Part shown: piece by piece, positions 1 through 12,363 of the stretch
Layout: every line of letters starts with the position of its first letter
How positions within the stretch are numbered: position 1 is the first letter of the stretch
Source of the DNA: Leucoraja erinacea
Taxonomy: Eukaryota
Length of the DNA: 64,000 nucleotides
Assembly (NCBI RefSeq): GCF_028641065.1
Contig: NC_073402.1
Span: 22,444,001 to 22,508,000, forward strand
Reading direction: 5' to 3'
Notes under the pieces: model-generated
Told to the model about the DNA's origin: nothing
What the model saw: only the letters and a program-made list of their open reading frames with translations
Databases searched by the model: none
Translations under genes and position numbers: made by a program

Positions 1-250
1 AGAGCATCCTGGACAATACAGCTCACCCCCTCCATGGCACACTAGTCAACCTGAGGAGTACCTTCAGCAACAGACTGGTTCAGATGCAGGACAGAACGCC
101 ACAGGAGATATTTCTTCCCTGTGGCAATCATACTGTACAACTCTTCCTCCTTCTGTCGTGGGGTAGACTGAGACTGACCCCCTCCCCTCCCCCTCAATCT
201 TTGCACATTCCCAATCCTTTCCACTCGTCACTTTAATTTCAGTTATTTTG
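1..250 (+). mobile_element. Rex1/Babar-type LINE 3' fragment
   Basis: Resembles the degenerate C-terminal coding end (…RTERHRRYFFPVAI…) of the Rex copy at 39.6-40.1 kb. Confidence 0.55.
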
Positions 251-1112
251 TGTTTTTATGACTGGTGGCAGATACAAGTTGTATCGTTAACATACTCAAG
301 TATTTTCTAAACAATAAGCTTCCCAATGATGACATAGCAATGTTCCAGTGTTCAGTGTTGGCCAGGTAGTTTCCCAGTAGCTCACTTCAATCAGGCAGTT
401 AGACTTTGAGGGTTAGTTTCTCAGTCGGCTGTTTCATGTTCCTTCCCATTTAATTTAGGAAAGCAATGGCCTCTCATTCAATGACTGATTATAGTCATTT
501 TACAGTAAATGTCAGGAACTCTGAAGCAAAAGGGGACCATTTAATCCTCAAACCTGTTGCACCAGTCTGTTAATTCAACTCCATTTACATTTAAAAAAAA
601 GTTGGATATCTACCATTTTCACTGCACACAATCTAATAATGATTTTGGGGATGAGAGGATAAAATTGGCTAATGAACAGACCACACTAAGGAAGTGGTCA
701 GGCTGACAAGTCACGCTTAAGGAATGGGTAGGCTGATGGAGAACAGCACCAAGGAGGCAGCCTTACCAACTCAATGGGTCAGGCAGCATCCCCGGAGAAC
801 ATAGTTAGGTGTCATTTCAGATTTGTATCCTTCTTACAACCGAGGGGACTCTGCCATGGTAATTGCCATATCAACACATACTTAACTGGCATATTTAATC
901 TACTAGCACCTGTCAAGTCTGAGTTCATACTGAAGAAAAATCCTTTACTGTATCTTCCTTTATATTAATATTCCTTGATGCCTTTTCCCCATATCCCTTG
1001 AAGTGTCTTTGCCGAACAAAACCTACAGATCTGGCTTGAAAATGTTCAGAGCTAGAAACTCAGTTTATCTCAGACAGAGAAAGAGGGATCTACCGTCCAG
1101 CGAGTTTGATGA

Positions 1113-1218
1113 TGGCAGGTACGGGATACTTAGTTGGATGATCAGCCATGATCATATTGAATGGCGGTGCAGGCTCGAAGGGCCGAATGGCCTACTCCTG
1201 CACCTAATTTCTATGTTT
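1113..1218 (+). mobile_element. CR1 LINE 3' end fragment
   Basis: Contains gatcagccatgatcatattgaatggcggtgcaggctcgaagggccgaatggcctactcctgcacc plus a tttctatg tail, shared with more than 10 copies in the window. Confidence 0.8.
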
Positions 1219-2501
1219 AATTGTCAGAAAAAGATGGAATGCATTAATAAGGAAATATTAGGATTATTATAGAATAAGGAAATAATGAGGATTTTTCAAA
1301 AGATAAAAGAGTCAGCAAAGTTTTGAGAAAGAGGGATTGTTTTTTTAGCAAATGTATTAGAGATCCTTGAGGTTGTAAATAGCAAGGTATAGAAAGGAGA
1401 GGCAAAGGATGTACTGTATTTGGCTATCCATAAAGTACTCAATAAGATGACACATTACAACTACTGTACAAAAGGTTTTGTGGGATTGAGGATAATATAA
1501 TAATTTAGGCTGATCATTGGTTAACAGACAGAAAGCAAAGTAGAGATGATCAGTTTATGTTCTGGTTGGCAGCCTTTAAGTAGTTGGTTTCCTCAGGGAT
1601 CAGTGTGTAAATCAATATTAATTTACAATCAACATTAATTTACAATTGTCTATTGTCTATAATCTATATTAATAAATTAGATGTAGTGTAATTGTCAGGT
1701 GTTCTGACAATACATAGATAAGTGCACAATAACCTGTGTAGAGGACATAAAGAGTCAGCAAAGGAATATAGGAAGATTTAATAAGGAGACAAAAATAAAG
1801 GCTGTGTAGAGAAATTATCTTTTTTGCAGGGGAAAATAGAAAAGCTGAAAAATCTTTAACTGCAGTAAGATTATAAACATTTTCAAAGCACTTTTGATAT
1901 TGTAAATAATGCAGTGTCTGTAGGAGTATATTGGAAACGGTATGGAGTATTGTAAATGTTAAGGAAGTCCTGCTAAAACGATTGAAGGCTTTCATGAGAC
2001 GACACCTTGGTGAGACTACATTTAGAATATCGCACAACATACAAAGTACTGGACGAATTCAGTGGGTCAGGCTGCGTCTGTGGAGGGAATAGCCAGATGA
2101 CAAAGATTCGGGCCTGACCCGCTGAGTTCCTCCAGCACTTTGTGTTTTACTCAATATTCCAGCATTTGCAGTTTATTGTGCCTCCTCATATGGTTTTTGT
2201 CCCATCATTTAAATAAGGATATACTTTCTTGAAGATGTTCCAGTGAATATTCTTTTGATTTATTCATGAGATTAGGGCTTGTCCTTTGGGGAACAATTGA
2301 TCAGCTTGGGTTTGGATTCAGAAGAATGAGAGGTGATCACATTGAAATATATAAGATTATGAGGGGGGATGGATGGAGTGGATGATGTGACTCACATGCC
2401 ATTAATACTAATGTGCTTAGTTAAGATTTACAACATTAAATTTTGGTGAGAGAGAAGTTGCTTTATCAATTCAGTTATCTGGCTTCAGGTTGAATTGTTT
2501 G

Positions 2502-2544
2502 TTTGTACCAAGTTCAATTTGTACCAAGTTCAATTTGTACCAAG
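2502..2544. repeat. 16-bp tandem repeat (tttgtaccaagttcaa) x2.7 upstream of NR0B2
   Basis: Directly visible in the sequence. Confidence 0.85.
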
Positions 2545-2639
2545 ATTATGTTATAAACCTACGTGCAGGAAACATTCCTTATCTAATTGCGGAGCTCAGA
2601 ATCAATTTATGTAACTGAGTGTACAGGATTTGGCTGATT

Positions 2640-2894
2640 ATGTTAATGGCCTCTTGTAGTCCTTGGCGCAATGTACAGGATGGTTTAAAGTCTGTGTACA
2701 TGACATCAAGTTGATGATAAACTTCCATCTGTCTGACCTGGTGTTTCATGGAAAAATATTATCTGCTGCTTGCCTGCACCATAGTAACAGGTTCCATGGC
2801 CTTTTAGCAACTGCAAGCTTGTTTTTCAATGAAAACAGCGTGATTCCTGAAGCCAAGGTCACATTTAGTCACCGAAAGAAACTGCGTATAAATA
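2640..2894 (+). promoter_or_regulatory. NR0B2 proximal promoter: IR1-like element, NR5A (LRH-1/SF-1) sites and TATA box
   Basis: ATGTTAaTGGCCT at 2640-2652; reverse-strand CCAAGGACT at 2658-2666; CCAAGGTCA at 2853-2861; TATAAATA at 2887-2894. Confidence 0.55.
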
Positions 2895-3141
2895 ATGTCG
2901 GGTGCAACCAGCTCATTTGGTGCCTGTGGCGGTTAGTGTTGTACTGAGAGCTGGAGTTAAACATCACTTTCAGCCAAATCTTGCACAGCACAGCTCCGAC
3001 AACATTAGTTTTGTTGTGTTGAGAGTTAGAGATTTTAGTTTCCAGATAAAATCAGAACTTTAAACTGCCTTGAGCTGTTAATACCATTACAGTGTGGCAT
3101 CAGTGCTAAATTGAGTGTGGTTTCTGCCTGGCAGTGAGATT

Positions 3142-3682
3142 ATGGCTTGTGTTAATGTTCTGCTCAATAAATGCCAATGTGTTTCTGGAGTGAGACAGAA
3201 CGCAATCTTAAAAACCATCTTGAGCCAGCAGAGCGATCTGAAGATTTGCTCTGAGTTCTCGCATCACAGCTGCCCCTGTGCAACTAGGCGGACAGTTTGC
3301 TTGAAAACTCCACAGGTTACCTGTCAGATGGTATCAGATGTGCTGGTAAAGACAGTAAACTTTATGAAGAACCTTCCTTCATTCCACCACCTTCCCAAGG
3401 CAGATCAATTATTGTTGCTGGAAAGCTGCTGGATACAGTTGTTTCTGTTGGGATTGGCCCAGGAGAGGGTGAGCTTCGATGTGATAGAGACCCCAGGCCA
3501 CAGCATGCTGAAGAGAATCTTGCTGAAGGGGCAAGACCTGATCAAGACAGGGGCAGAGGAAAGGAGACAGCCAACACTCGCTGGTGTACAGAGAGTAAGA
3601 ATTTGGCTGCACAAGTTCTGGTGCTTGGATCTGAGTCAAACAGGATATGCATATCTGAAAGGAGCACTCCTCTTCAATCCTG
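3142..3682 (+). CDS. NR0B2: Nuclear receptor subfamily 0 group B member 2 (SHP), coding exon 1
   Basis: Ligand-binding domain without a DNA-binding domain: ILKTILS, CPCATRRTVCL, FMKNLPSF..LP..DQLLLL, LFLLGLAQ, LKRILL, YAYLKGALLFNP. GT donor at 3683. Neighbours GPATCH3 and GPN2 as in human. Confidence 0.93.
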
Positions 3683-4289
3683 GTAACTAAACGCCATCTG
3701 ATTTTATTCTAGTTACTGTATGTACTCAACTAAAAGAATTGTAATGGTGACATATTTACACAACGTAAAGTAGTTTATATGAACCTAAGAGTAATTTTTC
3801 TGTGACAGTAATGCTGGTAGCAAGGTTGCACAGCTCCAGGGACCAGGGTTTGGTTTTGTCTGTGTAGAAATTAAGTATTCTCCTTCTGAATTTCCATCAG
3901 TCTCTTCGCACATCCCAAAGCATTGTAGGTTAATTGGCTATTTTAAACTAGTATGGGTAAATGGCAATATGAATTAAAAGGGAGTTGATAGACACTTGTG
4001 TGTGTATGTGCTAGAGAGAGAGAGAATAGGACAGAGACACATGGGGAAAACCTGAGAAGGGGATGGGATGGGATTGCTCTCCTGAGAGAGTGGCATGGAT
4101 TTGATGGGTTGAAGATTTATTTCAGTGTCGTAATCAATAAGTAAAACATCAGCAGCAATTTGAGAACCAGCCAGGGTTTACAATTCTTGAGGTCCTTAAA
4201 CGTTCGGTGAATTTTTTAAAAAGGTAATTACAATTTTTGTGTGTGATTATTTGTTCAAAATTTCTGGCAGTTTTTTTTCTTTAGATTAA

Positions 4290-4600
4290 TTTAAAGATAC
4301 AGCGTGGAAACAATCCCTTCAGCGCATCGAGTCCACGCTGATCACCAGCTCACACTAGTTCTATGTTATCGCACTTTTGCATCCACTCCTTACACCCTAG
4401 GGGAAATTTACAGAGGTTAGCTAACCTACAAATCCACAAGACTCTGGGCTGTGGGAGGAAACGGGAGCATCCAGAGTAACCCCATACACTCATAGGGGGG
4501 AATGTGCAAACTCCACATGGAAAGCACTCGAGGTCAGGATTGAACCTGGGTCTCTGGCGCTGTGAGGCAGCAGCTCTACCTTCTGCACCTCTGTGGTGCC
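4290..4600 (-). mobile_element. tRNA-derived SINE (HE1-like)
   Basis: Reverse-strand homologue of the SINE at 48420-48725, with a tRNA-like head. Confidence 0.7.
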
Positions 4601-5189
4601 TCCAATCTTTCTTTGTTTTTCAAGATTTCCACCACTTTTGGAGTTCTAACTCCTCTGCATAACCAGCAGAATGCCACAACCAGAGCACACTGCCGATTCT
4701 CTGGTTATGAACCTTTTGTGTGAACCTAAGGGTGGGTTGAGTGTGGGCTGTGTTTTGGATTTGAGGGTTAGATAGTGGAAAACATTTAAATGACTAATCG
4801 CAGAATGTCATGGAAACTAAAAATTGGGTGTAATATTTATTTTGGATAGGTTAAATTAATTATGAAACAACACAAAGGGCTAATACTTTCAATATTGACT
4901 GTACAGGCTGTCTTCCCTATCCACTTTCAGTCCTGAAGACCTTTAGGGTCTTCACTGAATTTCACCTGAAATGTTGATGTCTTTTCCCCCAATGGATGAT
5001 GCTCAACCTGCTGAGTTCCTCCAGCAGTTTGTTCATTTGACTCCAGATTCCAACATGTCTCTTGTATCTCCTTTCAATATTAGTGTATGTTGAAAATGCT
5101 GTGCTTCTTTGTACACTTGTAGCTTCTAGTTTAATTGATTGCTTGGGTTTGTAACTGATTACAATTATTTATGAGTTTGCCTTTTACAG

Positions 5190-5431
5190 ACCTGCCTGGA
5201 CTCCAAGCACCTGATTACATTGAAAGCCTTCAGCGGGAAGCTCAGGGGGCACTCCATAAGGTCCTGGAGCCCATTCCTTCCAAGGACAACAGTCGCTTTG
5301 CTCGTGTTTTACTCACTGTCTCTGCCCTAAAAAGCATCAGCAATGATCTCATAACAGAACTCTTCTTCAGGCCAGTGATCGGAGCAGCCGATATGACTGA
5401 GCTGCTGCTGGAGATGCTTTACACCGAGTGA
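5190..5431 (+). CDS. NR0B2: NR0B2 coding exon 2
   Basis: Acceptor ttttacAG, phase 1 (G|AC = Asp). DLPGL…RFARVLL…ELFFRPVIG…LLLEML then TGA. Total CDS 783 nt = 260 aa. Confidence 0.93.
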
Positions 5432-5542
5432 AGAGCAGCCACCAGCATTTGTGCTACTCAACCGCTCACCTGATCCACACACACATATTACCAACCTGAC
5501 TGTGCCTCACTGCACACCCACAGCACACACACATCATTTGGC

Positions 5543-6032
5543 CTACAATGTGGAGTGGTGCGGCCTTTCCTGGAGGCCGGCCCAGAGCTTCAAGCCGCGG
5601 GTGCGGCGCGGACTTACCATCGTGGAGTGGGCGATCCTTTGCCGAGGAACGCCAGCGAAAGTGCTCCGACCACGGGGCCTATGAACTTTAACACCATCGC
5701 GGTCTCCGGTAAGAAGAGGCCGACTCGGGAGCTCCAGGCCGCGGAGTGTTCCGATCCGTCCCAACACTGGAGTTTCAATCATACCGACGCGAGGGTTTGA
5801 ACATCGGACCATCGGCAGCGGCAAGTGCGGAGGGTTCGGCAAAGGAGGAAGATGACTGAACTTTATTGCCTTCCATCACAGTGAGGAATGTTGATTCCAC
5901 TGTGGTGGATGTTTATGTTAAATTTTATTATTGTGGCTGTGTGTATTGTTGCTTTTCACTTAGTATGGCTGTAGGGTAACTCAAATTTCATTGTACCGTA
6001 ACTGGTTAAGTGACAATAAACGCAAACTTGAA
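5543..6032 (+). mobile_element. GC-rich LINE/SINE 3' fragment inserted in the NR0B2 3' UTR
   Basis: Abrupt CpG-rich block ending tgacAATAAAcgcaaacttgaa, similar to the Rex-type tail at 40.3 kb. Confidence 0.5.
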
Positions 6033-6719
6033 AACCTGCCGCCTCAGTATTCACCTACGTCCTCACCCACTTATCTCTAACTGCTCACTCATTGATCAAT
6101 ACTGTCAACATCTTGTTGTTGCTTACCCAGTCCCCAGTTTAATAACACAATCTCATTATTGATCTACTGCCCGCATTATATCCGTTACTCCACATTTCCC
6201 TGAACTGTTGTTTGCCACCTATACTATTATTTTATATTGTTATTTTTTTAATCATGAATAAATATATTTTGCTTATTTTAAACATTTTATTGCAGAGAGC
6301 TTAAGTGAGTCTACACTTATTTTCAAATCAAAGAAACCTCAAGTACAAAAGTCAACATTTTATTCAGAATTATATCACTGATTGTCCAATGTGCAATGAA
6401 TATTCTATATCAAAAGATTGGGAAATTGAACATCTGCTTTTGTGATGTTCAGTATTTTTGGAAAAAGGAGTAATCATACAGCCCCATGAATGATTTGATT
6501 TTCAAGTGTAAGAAATGAAAGAGACCATATCCCATCACAAAAGGAAATGTTGGAAAAACTCAACAGGTCAGGCGGCATCTGTGAAAAGAGAAGCTATTAA
6601 CGTTTTGGATCTGCACCTCATCAAAATTGGGAAAGTGAGACAGGCAAGTTAGTTTTCAGTAAGAGAGTAGATGAAATCCTGATGTGTAGAACAAAGGGGG
6701 AATGTATGTGATAGGACAT

Positions 6720-7045
6720 TTCCCGATGTTAGGGAAGTCCAGGACAAGGGGTCACAGCTTAAGGATAAGGGGGAAATCCTTTAAAACCGAGATGAGATGA
6801 ACTTTTTTCACACAGAGAGTGTTGAATCTCTGGAACTCTCTGCCACAGAGGGTAGTTGAGGCCAGTTCAATGGCTATATTTAAGAGGGAGTTAGATGTGG
6901 CCCTTGTGGCCAAGGGGATCAAGGGGTATGGAGAGAAGGCAGGTACGGGATACTGAGTTGGATGATCAGCCATGATCATATTGAATGGCGGTGCAGGCTC
7001 GAAGGGCCGAATGGCCTACTCCTGCACCTAATTTCCATGTTTCTA
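6720..7045 (+). mobile_element. CR1 LINE 3' fragment
   Basis: Near-identical to the copies at 18300, 52166 and 61404; encodes SRTRGHSLRIRGKSF…FFTQRV-type ORF2 end. Confidence 0.85.
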
Positions 7046-8532
7046 GGACGTCAAAATGATTTAATAGGGACAGTTATCAGCACATTATGATTCTAGGTCT
7101 GTGTAATGATTTGTTAATGGTAAAATGGTAGAACTTGCCAGGTGGGCCAGACAAAAAAAACCAGAAAATGCTGGGAAAAGACTAATCACATCAGGCAGCA
7201 CGTGTGGATTAAGAAACAGTTAATTAGTCGTGAGAAAATGAGAAATAGGTTTGACTTGACGGGTGAAATCGAGGGAAATTCTCTGATAGTGACCACATGG
7301 CACATGGGATAAGGCACTATGGTTATATACTGTGGTGCTGGCATAATGGAACACATTCAGTAGGCCAGATCATACCAAAAAAATAGAAAGGAAAAAGAAT
7401 GGCAGGCAGAAATAGTTCTTATATACACAGGAAGTAAGAGTATGTTATCCAAAGTTAAGAGAATTCAAGATGATGTCTGGAAGACTGCAACATGTTCAGA
7501 CAGAAGGTGAGGTGTTGGAGACATAAGAGAATGCTGATGCTGGAATTGAGGTAAAAAGAGACTGCTGGAGGAATTCAGGTGGTCAGGCAGCATCTGTGGA
7601 GGGAAATGGACTGATAGTGTTTCAAATTGGGACCCTTCTTCAGAAGTGAGGTGTGGTTTCTTAAGCTTATCTTGGGTCTTCTTGTAACACTCCAGGAGAC
7701 CACATAAATATATATCAGATTGGGATTGGAATGTTGAATTAAAATGGTAAACAACTGGAAGCTTCAGGCCATGTCTGCGGACCTAGTGCAAGCAGTAACT
7801 CCACAAAGCAATCTCCAAATCTATGTTTTGTTTCAACAATGTAGAGGAGACTACACACTGAGCACTGACTACACTGGAGTAGAAGAAGTGCAAATGAATA
7901 GTTGCTTTTCCTGAATCTATGTTTAGGTCCATGAATAGTGGGGAAAGGGTAAATAATTGCACCACCTGCATTTGCACAGTTTAGCTTAGAACGGGGTGTG
8001 GCAAGTGAGAGTGTGGCAAGTAGATAGGTGAGTTATGAAGGTCTCTGTGAAATGCTGAAAGGAGAGAGGAGTATGTCTCTTGGTATATCTGTTGTCCATC
8101 CAAGATGTTGGCTTGGCTTGTTATATCATCTTTTTTTTTTCTGGGACCTTTCACAATGACCTGCAAAGGATGTCCTCCTGCTCTGCATTTCACAATTCCC
8201 ATGCTCTTTTCTCTACATTATTTTGTCTATGTCCTCACAATTTAACTGCTCAAGTTCATTTAATCACCTGATAACCTTGTTGACTTCTTATCCCTATGGT
8301 CACACTGATTTTACCCTATCAGAGACCTAATCCTTTCTCCACCCTCCCTGCAACTAAACAAGCTTCTTTCAGTTCTGATGATGGATTTTCAACCTCAAAT
8401 GATAAATCTATTTCTTCCACGGTTATTACCTGACCTACATTATCTATTAGTATTTCCAGCATTATCTGCTTTTATTTTAGATATCCAGCATCTGCAGTTT
8501 ATTGGATTTTAATACTTTAATATTTTAATCTT

Positions 8533-8912
8533 ATAGAAACATACAATTCTTAAAGGATTGGACAGGCTAGATACAGGTAAAATGTTCGCGATGTTGGGGG
8601 ACTCCAGAACCAGTCGTCACATTTTAAGAATAAGGGGCAGTTCATTTAGGACTGAGATGAGGAAAAACTTTTTCAACCAGAGAGTTGTGAATCTGTGAAA
8701 TTCTCTGCCGCAGAAGACAGTGGAGGCCAATTCACTGGATGCTTTCAAGAGAGAGTTAGATTTAGCTCATAGGGATAAAGGAATCAAGGGATATGGGGGG
8801 GAAAGCAGGAACGAGGTACTGATTTTAGATGATAAGCCAAGATCATATTGAATGGCGGTGCTGGCTTGAGGGGCTGATGGCCTACTCCTGCACCTATTTT
8901 TCTATGTTTCTA
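8533..8912 (+). mobile_element. CR1 LINE 3' fragment
   Basis: Same ORF2 end with a tttctatgtttcta tail. Confidence 0.8.
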
Positions 8913-10445
8913 CACATTTCCCAAACCTTTGTACGGAAGTTATGTTGGTTGATTGGTACTGCTCTCTACTGATCAAATGTGCACAGTGCAGTCTGCTTTC
9001 TTCCAGTCAGCTGTTCAAAGATTATAAAGAATGTTGAAAACCCACTTGTTTACATTACTGTTTAGCAGACCCAGAATATACTAGAATGCATATTTCCACC
9101 AACAGAATCAATGAAACAAACTGCTGGCAAGACACAATGTTTCATAGTCATAAGGCCACAGAGAGATACAGCATGGAAACAGCCCTTTGGCCCTCTGAGT
9201 CTGTGCTGACCATCAACCACACATTTTACACTAATCCTAGGTCAATTCAACTTGCCCCCACCCCCTCAGGTTCTCCCATTCACTTACAGTAGGGGAAATT
9301 TATAATAATCAATTGTCCTAACAACCTACATGTCTTTGAGATGAGGGGGGAAACTGGAGCATCCAAATGAAACCCATGCAGTTAGAAAGAATGCGTAAAT
9401 TCCACATAGACAGCACCTGTCAGCAGAATTGAACCCAGATCGAACGGAATTTGAGCTAAGGGAATCAAGGGATATGGGGAAAAAAGCAGGAACAGGGTAC
9501 TGATTATAGATGATCAGCCATGATCATATTAAATGGTGGTGCTGGCTTGAAGGGCCGAATGGCCTACTCCTGCACCTACCTTCTATGTTTCTATCTCTAG
9601 TGCTTGGCAGCAGTGTTTTACATCATAACTAACTTGTGGGTAGTGTGACCTGGAAGCACTCAGGCCTTCTTCAGGAAAGCCTCATACCCTGTGCTCCAGT
9701 GCAGTCTGTCATCTAAATACTAATTAGATGGGTCTGCTTACCTTCTAGTAATATAGATAGTATAAAGCAATGTAAGATTAGAATCTATAAATGTTGTATT
9801 TCTACAGCGACTTTTAATGTTACAAAACATCCCATGGCACTTCACAAGAGAGTTGTTAAACTAAATTTAATAATGAACCATAATAATAAATATTAGAAAA
9901 AAGACACAAAATGCTGGAGCATCTCAGTAGGTCAGGCAACGTCGCTGGAGAACGTGGATAGGTGACATTTCGAGTCAAGACCCTGCTTCAGAAATATTAG
10001 AACTTGGTCAGAGGTACTTGGTTTTAAAGAGCATTTTAAATGAAAGGAGGAAAATGAAGAGCTAGAGAGATTCAAGAAATGAAATTGCCAGCCCAGGGTC
10101 TTGGTGGCTGATGGCACCATCATTGGTGGTGTAATTAAAATTAGTCAAGAGTGTTTAATTGTCATATGTACTGTCGACAGAATATTGAAATAGGGATGTA
10201 AAAAAGGATAGAATTGGAGGAGCATTAATATCAAAGGTCACAAGGAGTTAAAGGAAAAGAGCAAGATGCCAAGCCAAGGACTTCATGTCAATCTGTTAAA
10301 ATAAAAAATAAATAAAAATAAATAAAATTTATTAATCTGTTAAATTCTGATTTTTATTCAGGCAACCCCTGTAGTAACCACATTCAGCCACATTCCAAGA
10401 TAGGAGTCATGTGAAGCTTAAACACCCACACAGGGCAATTGTTTA

Positions 10446-10722
10446 CAGTGTCCTCCATAATGTTTCGAACAAAGACCCATCATTTATTTATTTGGAAGGT
10501 ACACAAAAAAGCTGGAGAAACTCAGCGGGTGCAACAGCATCTATGGAGTGAAGGAAATAGGCAACGTTTCGGGCCGAAACCCTTCTTCAGATAATAAATA
10601 AATGTATTTATTTGCCTCTGTACTCCACAAATTGAGATTTGTAATAGAAAAAATCACATGTGGTTAAAGTGAACATTGTCAGATTTTAATAAAGGCCATT
10701 TCTATACATTTTGGTTTCACCA
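10446..10722 (+). mobile_element. Tc1 left terminal repeat fragment, interrupted at about 10493-10590 by a Penelope-derived mini-element
   Basis: Starts TA|CAGTGTCCTCCATAATG; matches both ends of the Tc1 at 57539-58580. Confidence 0.75.
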
Positions 10723-10791
10723 TCCTGTCTCACTGAGTTACTCCAGCATTTTGTATCTATTGTCAATGTCAAACATGGCCAACTCTTTATT

Positions 10792-10841
10792 CCAATATGC
10801 GCATGCGTGTGCTCCCGCTTGCCCGTTACTAAGATGGCGGC
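10792..10841 (+). promoter_or_regulatory. GPATCH3 CpG promoter: CCAAT, NRF1-like and YY1 motifs
   Basis: CCAAT at 10792; TGCGCATGCG at 10798-10807; AAGATGGCGGC at 10831-10841 overlapping the ATG. Confidence 0.55.
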
Positions 10842-11170
10842 CGCGGCCTGTGTTTACGCTGTTGTCAGGAACATTCCGCGTGAATTCCGCTCCGCTGATC
10901 TCCGGCTATTTTTCTCACAGTTCACGGAGACCGGTGGCTTCAGCTGCTTCCACTACCGCCATCGGCCCGAGCGGCGGCAGCAGCACCAAGACACAGGTCA
11001 AGGGGCGGACGGTAGCCCGAGTCCGACTTGCTGCTGTGTGGTGAGGCTTTTGGCCGAGCGGGCCCCGCAGTTCCCGCGGATGTACGACGGCAACCAGTGG
11101 GTGGACAAAGCCGGGGATTGGCAGCGGGGACGCTGCTGCATCCGAATGGTCAGAGCCGGGGAGATGGCCG
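10834..11170 (+). CDS. GPATCH3: G-patch domain-containing protein 3, exon 1
   Basis: YAVVRNIPREFRSADLRLFFSQFTETGGFSCFHYRHRPE; donor G|GTGAGG, phase 1. Confidence 0.9.
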
Positions 11171-11654
11171 GTGAGGCCCGCAGTCGGCGAGTGATTGGGA
11201 ATCGGGGCTGTGGGGAGAGCAGTGGGAAAGTGGGAAGTGCTTAAAATACTCTGAGGTCCGGGAGAGAGCGACATTCTGAGGTGGAGGGGTAAAAAAAACA
11301 AAAGGGAATGTTTGTGAAAGGCTATAAAATATGATCTGTATGAAAAGTTATCTCAGCTATCCTCTTCGGTGATGCTGCCGTAGCTGCTCGAATCTACAGC
11401 ATTTGGACAGGTAAATGGATTAAAGACTACAGATGCTGCGATCGTGAGCAATACACGGGATGTAGGAGGTACTCCTCGGGTCAAGCAGCATCTGTGGAGG
11501 GAATGGACTGCAGTTATCCGCCATTTAATTTCTGAATGGACAGATATTGAAGGGTAGTTGGGATGATCGTGAAAAATAAGAGGAAGGTAACCTGAGGAAA
11601 CAGGGTTGATCTGGAAGACAGTCAAATTGAGAGTGGGATGGGGGAATTAAACTG

Positions 11655-11782
11655 TTTAAGAAGGAACTGCAGATGCTGGAAAAGTCATGAAAGTGCTGGA
11701 GAAATTCAGCGGGTGCGGCAGCATCTATGGAGCGAAGGAAATAGGCAACGTTTCAGGCCAAAACCCTTCTTCAGACCTACCT
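11655..11782 (-). mobile_element. Penelope pLTR-derived mini-element with a hammerhead-like motif
   Basis: 14-bp TSD ggggaattaaactg at 11641-11654 and 11783-11796; minus strand reads TAGGT-CTGAAGA-stem-GAAA-CG-TT-GCCTA. Confidence 0.7.
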
Positions 11783-11929
11783 GGGGAATTAAACTGACAG
11801 GTGATGGTCAAAATGGAATGGGAGAGGGTATATTTACCGAGGGAATTGCTGGGTATATTTACATGTGTGGGTTTCATGCTATTACAGTTTTCTGTGAAAG
11901 ATCTTTGGTTACTTTTATTTGTAAAACAG

Positions 11930-12363
11930 ATTCGGAGTTTTCATACAAAACAAGAAAGGAGCTTCGGAGTCGGAGAGCACCAAGTGAAACTTTCACCATT
12001 GAAGATCTGTCCAGATTGCCAGAATTAAACCCTCCAGTGGTGATGCCCAGTGGGAATGTGGGAACTCCACTGAAAGTCTTCCTGGAATTGATCCAGGCAT
12101 GTCGCCTGCCTCCCCGCATCATCACCAAGCTCTGTTTGAAGTTCCCCAAGACCAGCTCAAGTCGGCGTTATGGGAATGTTCCTTTCCAGTACCAGAGTTC
12201 AACCTCGGTGCACTTTAAAAGAAGGATTGAGATGGACGTAACAGAAGAGTACCCACAGCAAGATTCACCTGCTGATTTACCAGAGTTCAAAATGAAGCAA
12301 GAGGCAGGACATGAAGAATCTCCACAGAGAGAGGAAGAGGAAGAGGAGTCACATTCAGAGAAT
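11930..12363 (+). CDS. GPATCH3: GPATCH3 exon 2
   Basis: LPELNPPVVMPSGNVGTP…LIQACRLPPRIITKL…SRRYGNVPFQY; AG/GT boundaries with matching phases. Confidence 0.9.

Noticed and set aside
3115-3690. Alternative call as NR0B1 (DAX1)
   Set aside because: The short N-terminus and linkage to GPATCH3 and GPN2 indicate NR0B2.
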